Source: a phage. From it: DNA of 64,000 nt. How positions within the stretch are numbered: position 1 is the stretch's first letter; every line of letters begins with the position of its first letter. The notes under the pieces were generated by a model that did not search any database, was not told the origin of the DNA, and worked only from the letters and a program-made list of their open reading frames with translations. This document shows positions 20,039 through 28,951 of the stretch, one piece after another. The position numbers were made by a program, and so were the translations under genes. The stretch is taken from sequence record PX393110.1. One strand, written 5' to 3'.

Positions 20039-21159
20039 TAGGTGTAAAAGGTCAATATGTTGCCATGTTCAAGATTGGCGACTTTAAAGACTTCATCGGC
20101 CCTAGAGATCTTATCCAGTTTAAGATCATCGAAGAGGCTGGTAACGTTATGCCTACATATGAGCTAGTTTTCGAGTGCCGAGATGAGCAAATAGTTTCGG
20201 TACTTAAGGAAGGTAACTTCATTTATGCTAGTTTCGGTCGTAACGAAGCCAGCATGATTAACGTTAAGTTAGCTATCCTAAAACGTCAGAAAACTAATTT
20301 CGGCGTAGGGTCTCAAATCCTCAGAGTCCTGGGAGTCTTCGGAGCTGTTCCGTACAGAATAGATTCCCAGGCAGCAAGTCATACTGGTACCTCGATAGAG
20401 GTAATGAAGTCTATAGTCTCTAAGTATTTTAAGGCTGACTTCAACTGCCCAGCATCTGATAACAAGATGAACTGGTTGCAGAATAACATTAACGATCGAG
20501 ATTTCGTTAACCAGTTATGGCTTCACAGTAATTTAAACTCCGATACGCCATTGGTGGGTATTACTACCGATGGTTTGTTTAGGGTCCGGTCTATCTCTAC
20601 AGCAGTGGACAGGAATAATCCTAACTGGAAGTTAACTTCCCTAGAGACCAAAGATGCTGGTGCTATCTATTATGACAAGCCACCTAACATCTATAGCGAT
20701 TCAGGGGCAGTAAATGCTCTTGGTGGCTATGCCAAATCCAGGATTGTTCACAATCAGAGCGACAATCAGTCGTTCTACTCCACTCCTCAGGGATCCCCTA
20801 TCCTATCAGTATCGAGTAATCAGGAAGTCTCGGATACGGGACGGCGTCTGGGAGGAGTGTCTATCCTTAATGAGAATGTACATTCTTCCTACCATTCGTC
20901 CTTCGATTACAACATCCGAAACCTCCTCCGATTATCCATGATGAAAGCTAAAGTCGAGATTACTGGGTATTATTTCAACATCCGAGTTCTCGATTCTGTA
21001 TTACTTAAAGAAGACTCCGATGCTCGTCGTAAGGAAGCCAACATGGATTCGTCAGGTCTTTGGCTAACCCAGAAGGTGTGCAGGATCTTCACTAATAAAG
21101 ACTTATGTACCGTCCTTACGTTGTGCAGAGATGGGATGAATAATTCCAGAGAGGTTTAA
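20035..21159 (+). CDS. putative baseplate hub protein
   Basis: 374 aa ORF; position between gpX-like and spike. Confidence 0.45.
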   Translation: MIGVKGQYVAMFKIGDFKDFIGPRDLIQFKIIEEAGNVMPTYELVFECRDEQIVSVLKEGNFIYASFGRNEASMINVKLAILKRQKTNFGVGSQILRVLGVFGAVPYRIDSQAASHTGTSIEVMKSIVSKYFKADFNCPASDNKMNWLQNNINDRDFVNQLWLHSNLNSDTPLVGITTDGLFRVRSISTAVDRNNPNWKLTSLETKDAGAIYYDKPPNIYSDSGAVNALGGYAKSRIVHNQSDNQSFYSTPQGSPILSVSSNQEVSDTGRRLGGVSILNENVHSSYHSSFDYNIRNLLRLSMMKAKVEITGYYFNIRVLDSVLLKEDSDARRKEANMDSSGLWLTQKVCRIFTNKDLCTVLTLCRDGMNNSREV

Positions 21160-21161
21160 GT

Positions 21162-21821
21162 ATGATAAATATGATAGACCTCATGCGCAATGGTCAGGAT
21201 CCTCTGAAGGCCATCCATAAGGGAGTAGTCGTTGATAATAACGATCCTGCCCAAAAGTGTAGAGTAAAGGTTAGGGTTCCTGGGGTACTCGATGGCGAGG
21301 GTATCCCATGGGCCATGCCTATTGCATCTGCATTCCTGGGGGATGGGGAATCTGACCGTGTGGAAATACCAGAAGTAGGTACCGAGGTATCTGTATCGTT
21401 CCCCACGGGAGATCAGCATTTCCCATTCTACACTGGGAGATGGCACTCTAAGGAAGTGCCAGAAGAGTTTAAAGAGAATTATCCTAACAGGTACGGATTT
21501 AAGGATTCTACCGGCACTGTATTCTATATAGATAAAGTGTCTAAGGAAGTTCATTTTAAGCACTGTTCTGGATTTCAGTTCGATATTGACCAAGAGGCTA
21601 ATTGGACTCTCACCACTCCAGGAGGAGGTAAGGTCGATATCGCTAAAGCTCTGGAGATAATCGCCAAAGAGCATATCAAACTGGATACTCCTCTTGTCGA
21701 TGGAACAGGAGAGATCAAGGACAAGGTTCGCAAGATGTCGGAAGATCGCGCTATCTACAACGGTCACGATCATGTTGGCGATAGTGGTGGTAGCACATCT
21801 CCGCCTAACTCTAAACAGTAG
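21162..21821 (+). CDS. baseplate central spike protein (gpV/gp5 OB-fold-like)
   Basis: GVVVDNNDP...RVKVRVPG...PEVGTEVSVSF motifs typical of gpV-family spikes. Confidence 0.65.
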   Translation: MINMIDLMRNGQDPLKAIHKGVVVDNNDPAQKCRVKVRVPGVLDGEGIPWAMPIASAFLGDGESDRVEIPEVGTEVSVSFPTGDQHFPFYTGRWHSKEVPEEFKENYPNRYGFKDSTGTVFYIDKVSKEVHFKHCSGFQFDIDQEANWTLTTPGGGKVDIAKALEIIAKEHIKLDTPLVDGTGEIKDKVRKMSEDRAIYNGHDHVGDSGGSTSPPNSKQ

Positions 21822-21825
21822 GTTC

Positions 21826-22197
21826 ATGATGGTTCAGCCAATTTATCGAGATATAGACCAGACTCTTAAGCGTAACTCGCTTAAGGATGGTGATGCAGTA
21901 TTTCAGTCCATAGTTAATGTACTGAAGACTCGCAAAGGTACCAGAATGTTTAATATGGAGTTTGGTTCTAATCTCGAAGATATCATCATGGAACCATGCG
22001 ACGATATAACTGGTCTGCAGGTTTACGCAGAGGTGGTCGACGCTGTTACGAGATGGGAGCCAAGAGCCCTGTTAGACAGAGGTAAAACTAAGGTTACTCC
22101 TGATCCGGATAATCACATATTCTGGGTAGACTTATGGTTCTCTGTTAAAGGAATCGATGGTCAAGAATTTAACTATGAGGTGGGTCTGAAACGATGA
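21826..22197 (+). CDS. baseplate wedge protein (gp25/gpW-like)
   Basis: ATG at 21826; 123 aa; size and position match gp25-like proteins. Confidence 0.6.
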   Translation: MMVQPIYRDIDQTLKRNSLKDGDAVFQSIVNVLKTRKGTRMFNMEFGSNLEDIIMEPCDDITGLQVYAEVVDAVTRWEPRALLDRGKTKVTPDPDNHIFWVDLWFSVKGIDGQEFNYEVGLKR

Positions 22198-23567
22198 ACA
22201 TAATTCAAGATTCCTCTCTATCCTTCGACCAGATCAGAACGGATTTAGAGAACTATATTAAGTCTCTGCCAGATTATGAGACTAAGTGGAAGGACTTCTA
22301 CGAAGCTGGTGCTGGTGAAACGGTACTTAATACTGGTGCTGGTATTACCGCATTCCTGGCCTATGCTGCCTATATGAACCGCCGAGATTCATTACTGGAT
22401 TTCGGCAACATGACTTCGACCATCGTGTCGATTGGTTCAGCATTAGGTTATGTATATAATCGTAAATCTGCTCCTCTTCTCCAGATTACGTTCACATCTA
22501 CGGAGCAAGTTTACTGGGATAAGGAAGATCCCATCGGTAACTACATGGGCCGCTCCATGGTTCTCACCAGCTCTACCCAAATAGAAGTCGGTGTGAATAC
22601 TATTGTAGTTGCTATCGGTGATTGGGTCTCTCAAGAGATAACCATCACAGATGCTAAGGATTTTAAAGGTATCAACGTACCTATCCAGCCTGATAACAAC
22701 CTGGTTAACCTGTATATTGATGGAGAGAAGATCTCCTACACTACAGCTGCTGAAGATATGGATTCGGATAATGTCCTAATTCGTTCTTACTTCTCGGGAA
22801 TATTCATTATCTTCGGGAACGGCGCACTGGGCAGGAAGGCTGCTGTTAACCAGGTACTTAAGATAGAGTACGTTGCTCCTGCTGATAAATTAGATGGGTT
22901 AACTCTGGATCCTACCAAGATTCAGTTATACGTTGAAAATACGAGTAACTCATCTGAAGTTAAATACCCTGGATCAGATCCTGATAGTCCTGAGAAAATC
23001 GTCGCTATTGCTCCTGGTTATTATTCAGCCAAGAGACGTCTGGTTACTCTGGACGATTACGCCTCGATAGGTGCTTCTTATCAGGGTGTGGTAAGTGCTA
23101 ACGCTGCTCTTCCGACTACTTCTTGCTGCTCGGTTAACGTCTCGTACCTACGAGCCGACGAATTAACCATGAATGATGCTATGAAGGCAGATTTCGAGAA
23201 GTACATGCTTCAGTACGCCATGTTGGGTTCTAATATAAATGTTATAGACCCTATCAGGATCATGGTCGATGTTAAGATGCGAGTGGTTATTGATTCCGGA
23301 GCTGATACGGACGCCATTACCAAGAAGATTCGCGAAACCATCAATAAAAAGTGCATGACTAGCGGTGCATTCTTTACGGTTAACGATATGACTCTGCCAG
23401 AGTCTCTTCGCGTTAGACGTATCTACATTAAGCAGCCTATTCTCGACAGACAGGCTAAGTACAATGAGTACTATAAGCTCCGCAAACTGGAGATAAGTTA
23501 TACGGAAGATCGAACTCTGGTAGATTCCGGAGGCACAGATAAGAATGCGGGGTATGAGTATGGCTAA
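22194..23567 (+). CDS. baseplate wedge protein (gpJ/gp6-like)
   Basis: 457 aa; follows gp25-like gene with overlapping start. Confidence 0.6.
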   Translation: MNIIQDSSLSFDQIRTDLENYIKSLPDYETKWKDFYEAGAGETVLNTGAGITAFLAYAAYMNRRDSLLDFGNMTSTIVSIGSALGYVYNRKSAPLLQITFTSTEQVYWDKEDPIGNYMGRSMVLTSSTQIEVGVNTIVVAIGDWVSQEITITDAKDFKGINVPIQPDNNLVNLYIDGEKISYTTAAEDMDSDNVLIRSYFSGIFIIFGNGALGRKAAVNQVLKIEYVAPADKLDGLTLDPTKIQLYVENTSNSSEVKYPGSDPDSPEKIVAIAPGYYSAKRRLVTLDDYASIGASYQGVVSANAALPTTSCCSVNVSYLRADELTMNDAMKADFEKYMLQYAMLGSNINVIDPIRIMVDVKMRVVIDSGADTDAITKKIRETINKKCMTSGAFFTVNDMTLPESLRVRRIYIKQPILDRQAKYNEYYKLRKLEISYTEDRTLVDSGGTDKNAGYEYG

Positions 23568-25038
23568 GTTCAACACTCTAGATTACTTCTCTCCTAACCT
23601 TAGAGGGAACGAGTTATATAAGTTCTTCTCGCAGGTGCTGGATCATGGTCTAGAGACTGTTGTCTTTCCGGAGATGGATAAAAATACGGCGATTTATGAT
23701 CCTAGTAAACCGTCGTATGATCCGATTTACATCCTGGAGCTACTGGGTCAACCAGACTTAGCAGATCTCATAACTACCGAGGTAGACCAGAACTCAGTAT
23801 CTGTACTCCTCCCAAGTATCCTAGATAATAAGGGTATGAAGGATGGGGTTGATCTTATCTTTAAACTGATAAATGTAGAGATAGACGAGATCCTGTATCA
23901 GAAGACTCCGGAAGGGTGCTCACTAGCAACCATCCTGCTTCCTAAGAACGTGATCTTGTCTACTCGACAAATTAAGCTAATTGATCGTCTGTCGCGTAAG
24001 GTATTTCCGATATGCGTCAGACTTACCGGTATCGCTAACTGTCTTCCAGATGGTGTTGAGTCTCTCGGAAGCGCCTCGCTGGACACCAGCTGGTTGTTGG
24101 ACACATCAATCCTGGATGGTTCGGTAGGTATACGAGTACCTGATATTTCAGATACTCTATGGTTAAGATTCTGTCTCGACATTATGTCAGAGATGGAAGT
24201 ACCTCTTGAAGTGCTGATTGATCGCTTCTCGGATCGTCTGATTAACTCTTATCTGACCGTATTCGACAGAAGAACTATCAGATTGGATAATGGTCTTATT
24301 CTGGACATGGGTACGTACTATGATCTCCAGAATACTGACACTACTCATAGCAGGCTTTATAGCTCATTAGCTGAGTTTAATGTCGATTTAAGCACCGACT
24401 CTAGAACTACCGAGATTGAGTCCTTACTGGACTTATCAGACCTGGTAGCTGGTCTGGAGTTTAAGTCCTCTATGCTGCGTGAGATCTTCCTATTCTTGGA
24501 TATCGACCTCTCAGAGTTCGGATTCGGGAATTACATGGATAGGAAGATAGAGCACTTATCCAAGGGGATAGAGCAAGTAAATTACGGCTATGAGGGTGGT
24601 AATTACGCTGATGGTTACGATTTAACTAACTATCAGAGTTTCGAATACGAGAACTTATACGTAATCCAATCTCATCATGATGGCCAAACTCAGCGTAGCG
24701 GGATGGCTTATTACGGATTGCCGGAAATAGACTGGCTACACTTCGAAGGTATGGACTTCATTAATGGGTCTTACCTGCTGGATGGTACTCGCTATCTTCA
24801 CCAGGAGTTCATTAAAAAGATCAAAGTGTACGATTGGTATACTCATTGGTCTAGCTACCGAGAAGCTATGTTCCTAACCACTCATAAGACCGAAAGACTC
24901 TTAGAGAAACGGGATGGGACTATTCTCCATGACGGAACTTATAATCGCGGTGAGAAAGTAACTCGTTACGGATTCGAACCTCTGTACAACGACGTTATTA
25001 GTCACGATGATACTTACTATCGCGATGCCAATCTATAG
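23560..25038 (+). CDS. baseplate/tail fiber attachment protein
   Basis: 492 aa; ATG at 23560 overlaps previous stop. Confidence 0.45.
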   Translation: MAKFNTLDYFSPNLRGNELYKFFSQVLDHGLETVVFPEMDKNTAIYDPSKPSYDPIYILELLGQPDLADLITTEVDQNSVSVLLPSILDNKGMKDGVDLIFKLINVEIDEILYQKTPEGCSLATILLPKNVILSTRQIKLIDRLSRKVFPICVRLTGIANCLPDGVESLGSASLDTSWLLDTSILDGSVGIRVPDISDTLWLRFCLDIMSEMEVPLEVLIDRFSDRLINSYLTVFDRRTIRLDNGLILDMGTYYDLQNTDTTHSRLYSSLAEFNVDLSTDSRTTEIESLLDLSDLVAGLEFKSSMLREIFLFLDIDLSEFGFGNYMDRKIEHLSKGIEQVNYGYEGGNYADGYDLTNYQSFEYENLYVIQSHHDGQTQRSGMAYYGLPEIDWLHFEGMDFINGSYLLDGTRYLHQEFIKKIKVYDWYTHWSSYREAMFLTTHKTERLLEKRDGTILHDGTYNRGEKVTRYGFEPLYNDVISHDDTYYRDANL

Positions 25039-25046
25039 GTGATTAG

Positions 25047-25814
25047 ATGAGCAATTATACTGGGGCATTTAACTTCCCTGCTCAGGTGTACCAATTTGAA
25101 GAGAGTGATGTGGTTAAAGGTGGTCCGGACGGCGTTGATAACGTGCCTCTTACCCAGCTTTCCGACCGTACGTTTTATCTTAAGGCTCTTGCAGATTTCA
25201 CATTCCTTAAGCTGTTCAATCTGAACCCTCTCGGATCATTCAAAGAAGGATTCCAGATTAACGTGGCTGGGTATGCAGTCTTCGACGAGGCCTCCGGTAA
25301 GTGGTTTAAGTGGACAGGATCTCTGCCTAAAGTGGTGGTTAAGTCTTCTAAGCCCGAAACTACTGGCGGTATCTATGATCCGGTCACTAATCCGAGCGGT
25401 AAGTGGGTGGCTATTGACTTCAGTGTTCTAGACCTTGGCGCTGGGGTTAAGATCCCTACAGCAGCTGCTCTTGGTAATCTGTATAGCGGTAAGTACAATC
25501 CTGCCTTCGTTAAGATTGAGAATGTCTCCAATCTGGACATAGCAGAAGCTACATATACCCGACTCGGGAATGTAGTTACTGTTAATGGCAAGATCACTGC
25601 TTCTGCTACTGATGCTGGAGAAGTAATGAAAATCGGAATTGGCTTACCTATTAACTCTACCTTCTCAGATGACTCAAGTCTCTCAGGAGTTGGTGTTGGT
25701 GTAGTAGCTGGTCAGATTTATGCCGATGTGGACAGTAGCGTGGCTGTTCTTGAGATTAATCAGGGTAGTACAGACGAGCTGTCTCTGAGATACACGTTCT
25801 CTTACACTGTATAA
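25047..25814 (+). CDS. short tail fiber-like protein with conserved N-terminal anchor module
   Basis: 255 aa; N-terminus shares the GGxDGxDNVP...L.DRT.YL motif with the next two tailspike genes. Confidence 0.55.
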   Translation: MSNYTGAFNFPAQVYQFEESDVVKGGPDGVDNVPLTQLSDRTFYLKALADFTFLKLFNLNPLGSFKEGFQINVAGYAVFDEASGKWFKWTGSLPKVVVKSSKPETTGGIYDPVTNPSGKWVAIDFSVLDLGAGVKIPTAAALGNLYSGKYNPAFVKIENVSNLDIAEATYTRLGNVVTVNGKITASATDAGEVMKIGIGLPINSTFSDDSSLSGVGVGVVAGQIYADVDSSVAVLEINQGSTDELSLRYTFSYTV

Positions 25815-25826
25815 TAGGATATCGAA

Positions 25827-28736
25827 ATGGGTGCTTATCAGGGTAAAAATCAGTACGTAGAGGACATCTATACCTTCGAACGTACTGACAAAGTGTCGGG
25901 TGGAGATGACGGTATTGATAACGTACCCATTAAGAATCTCACCGACAGAACTACATATCTCCGTAGTTTAGCATTGAATTCATTCCTGGATATCTATGGG
26001 GTTAATCCTGTAGGTACTTTCGGAATAGGGTTTGATCTTCAGGAATCTGGGGACGGAGTGTACGATGAGGTATCTGGCAAATGGTATTACTGGCTGGGCT
26101 CCTTCCCCAAATCTGTTGCCGAGAACTCATCTCCGGAAGATACTGGAGGTATTTTCGACCCAGAAAGTAATCCTGATGGGTTATGGACTGAGGTAATTCC
26201 GGTAAACCAGCGTCAGGTGGACATGATAGCTCGGGCATTCAGAGTTAAGACAGAGGAAGTCCAGTTCATGAAAGTAGGTCGTCCTCTCGACGGCTTTCGT
26301 GTACTGTATGACTTAACTTCTCAGGAAGCCTATCGTTTGCCGATGGATATTCCAGAAGGATCAACTGTCGTCAGTCTAACAGCTGGTGGATGGCTCGTAC
26401 ACAGCAATGGTGGGGTGGACTTATCTGCCTATGCTGTTGAATTAGAAGAGTACAAGCACTTTACTGGGGGAGACTTCAGTACTGGCTTTACTCTACGTCA
26501 GAACCACTGCGTAGTTATGTATGACGGTGTTATGTATCGCTGGGATGGGGATTTTCCTAAAACAGTAAATGACAACAGTACTCCCGAAGAAGATGGTATC
26601 GGTGAAGGTAAATGGGTGGCGGTGGGTCCAAATTCCAAATTGCTTTATAACATTACCTGGGATGGATCATATCCAGATCAACCAGTTATGGACGACCGCA
26701 CCCAGAGATTAAATCTACCACTACCGGTTCAAACTAATAAACTGGTGGATGACGTTGTACGTCTGCGCGAGACCATTTCAACTCTGGACGAGAAGGTGGC
26801 TACCGTTGGAAACGATGGTAAGATCCCGGTCGAGCAGATCCCAGCAGTAGCTATAACTGAAACATTTCCTGTCTCGAGCCAGGATGAGATGTTGGCTCTC
26901 AATGCCCAGAAGGGAGACATTGCCATCCGTGACGACAATAGCCTGAGCTACATTCTGATGAATGAGCCAGCTTCCACGTTGGAAAACTGGAAGAAGTTCA
27001 AGAATGACGCTCTGGTGCAGTTAGGTAAGAACGGCGGTGTGAATCTGGTTAGTGGAGCTATCCATGCAGCCACGGATCAGGATTCACTTACTTTCGAGAA
27101 CATAACAATTTCCGGTGAAGTATATAGTCACGACCCTAGCATATCTGGATTGGTTGAAGGATTCTCTGTCTATAACGGTAATTTATATCTCACTCGCAAT
27201 CAGATATCTTACAAGCTGTTGTCCAAAAGAAATAAGTTGCGCTGGCCTGGTCTGTACCTCTCTGGTGTAACTGATATGAAATCTTCGATTGAGGCCATTA
27301 TGAGCCATGGCCTCCACGTTGATCTTGATGGGAATGCTATCAGCGTATCTACCTTAAATATCACCAAAAATCTTTATAATGGTGAAATCATTGCTACTGG
27401 AGATACCGGCTCGTTCATTACTGTGAACTCGTGCAAGCTGCTTAGAACCAGGATCAACTGTAACAATAAGGCTATACGCCGTGCTGTGCATCTGAAAACT
27501 GGTTCAATCCGTCCTACTTTGAAAAACACTGAGATTTTTGACAGTTCCGGAGCTACTAATGCAAATGGTGTCTTTATTGACGCGAATAACATCACCGATT
27601 TCCTAGTAGAGGGCGTGTATGTCCATAATCTCACCTCTGTAGCTAATGGATCACAGGGAGATGCAGATGGTCCGTGCCGTGGGATTATCGTTGGCACGGC
27701 TCTTGACCCAGCGCCATCTGAGGCCACGGTATCTAGCGGAGAAATTAATAATGTACGTATCCGCGACTTGGCACCTTTCGAGGACTGCGATGGTGTTGTG
27801 GTTCAGATTTACGATGCCTCGTCTGTAATGCTTAGAGCATCTAAAATCCGCGTCAAAAACGTTGATACTCACAATGTCAGGAAGAGAGCCGTCAAGATTC
27901 AGGCGAACGATGTCACCGTGAGCAACGTCTATGCTTATTGCGATACAACCGATACAGCAATGTATTCAATCGTCAGTCTATATGGTGATAATGGGTATGC
28001 TGAGAATGTCACCGGACGAGGACGCATCAGTAATGGCATAGATTGCGCTTACGGCTTCAACAGAGTTAGCACACTTCACCTTAAAACCGAACGCACGGGT
28101 GCCGATACCCTTGCTGGGATTGGAGCAGGGTTGCTTATCAACTCCGGGCAAGTGGAAGCCAGTGGTATCTATTCCGAAGGTGCGGAATATGTTCTTGCTA
28201 TCAGGGATGCCCTTGGCGTGACACCTTACGTCAAAGTCTCTGGTCTTCGCGGGCAGGGTTACAGCGGAGTGGCTCGTTTCCAGATACGAGCCGGAAACTC
28301 TATCGGCAGCGTTTACATTGACGACGTTTCGGCAAATTCCTCGGCAACAAATAAATCGGCGATATCCGTAGACATAACGTCCAATGGAATAGGACTGGTA
28401 AATATCTCGGACGTGAAACGACTAAGTCAGCCATTCACCGGAGCAGACATTAATATGTCTGGGGCTGTCACGGAGGCAATTTTCCGCGATTGTATTCTAA
28501 ATTCTGGAAGCTCTACTGTTGGTATTTCCATGGCAACAGGAAAACTGACTGTTGAGAATATCAGTGCCCCTAGTAAGACGTATGCAGTTCAAGCTGTTCA
28601 GACGAGTAATTCATGGCTGAATAATATCGACGGAATAGTGCGTCTTGAGAATACGGCGAACACCAGACTTGGCCTCTATCGCGGAGTTTCTTCAGCTGGC
28701 ACAAACACTGGTCTTCTCACGTTGAATTATGCGTAA
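25827..28736 (+). CDS. tailspike protein 1 (beta-helix-type putative depolymerase)
   Basis: 969 aa; N-terminal anchor module; repetitive N/G/S/T-rich beta-strand segments in C-terminal half. Confidence 0.65.
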   Translation: MGAYQGKNQYVEDIYTFERTDKVSGGDDGIDNVPIKNLTDRTTYLRSLALNSFLDIYGVNPVGTFGIGFDLQESGDGVYDEVSGKWYYWLGSFPKSVAENSSPEDTGGIFDPESNPDGLWTEVIPVNQRQVDMIARAFRVKTEEVQFMKVGRPLDGFRVLYDLTSQEAYRLPMDIPEGSTVVSLTAGGWLVHSNGGVDLSAYAVELEEYKHFTGGDFSTGFTLRQNHCVVMYDGVMYRWDGDFPKTVNDNSTPEEDGIGEGKWVAVGPNSKLLYNITWDGSYPDQPVMDDRTQRLNLPLPVQTNKLVDDVVRLRETISTLDEKVATVGNDGKIPVEQIPAVAITETFPVSSQDEMLALNAQKGDIAIRDDNSLSYILMNEPASTLENWKKFKNDALVQLGKNGGVNLVSGAIHAATDQDSLTFENITISGEVYSHDPSISGLVEGFSVYNGNLYLTRNQISYKLLSKRNKLRWPGLYLSGVTDMKSSIEAIMSHGLHVDLDGNAISVSTLNITKNLYNGEIIATGDTGSFITVNSCKLLRTRINCNNKAIRRAVHLKTGSIRPTLKNTEIFDSSGATNANGVFIDANNITDFLVEGVYVHNLTSVANGSQGDADGPCRGIIVGTALDPAPSEATVSSGEINNVRIRDLAPFEDCDGVVVQIYDASSVMLRASKIRVKNVDTHNVRKRAVKIQANDVTVSNVYAYCDTTDTAMYSIVSLYGDNGYAENVTGRGRISNGIDCAYGFNRVSTLHLKTERTGADTLAGIGAGLLINSGQVEASGIYSEGAEYVLAIRDALGVTPYVKVSGLRGQGYSGVARFQIRAGNSIGSVYIDDVSANSSATNKSAISVDITSNGIGLVNISDVKRLSQPFTGADINMSGAVTEAIFRDCILNSGSSTVGISMATGKLTVENISAPSKTYAVQAVQTSNSWLNNIDGIVRLENTANTRLGLYRGVSSAGTNTGLLTLNYA

Positions 28737-28743
28737 CAGTGCC

Positions 28744-28761
28744 CCCGCTGCTTGGCGGGGT
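28744..28761 (+). terminator. GC-rich hairpin after tailspike 1 (no U-tract)
   Basis: CCCCGC-TGCTTG-GCGGGG stem-loop 8 nt after the stop codon. Confidence 0.3.
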
Positions 28762-28951
28762 CCCACCAACCGGAGGTCAACTACACTTATGAATAAGGTA
28801 TCCATAAAGTTTAGTAGCCTGATTTATGGCAGGTTCACGCTATCTACAAAAAGTGAAAATCATAGTCATAATGTAGGTGATTATGATTTTAACCAAGAGG
28901 AACTTACTCTCTGGTTTGGGAATTAGTATATAATATATTATAGGTGAATAA

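Noticed and set aside
28729-28926. 65-aa plus-strand ORF in the spacer between two tailspike genes
   Set aside because: No RBS, overlaps the upstream stop and hairpin, AT-rich; more likely non-coding spacer at a recombination junction
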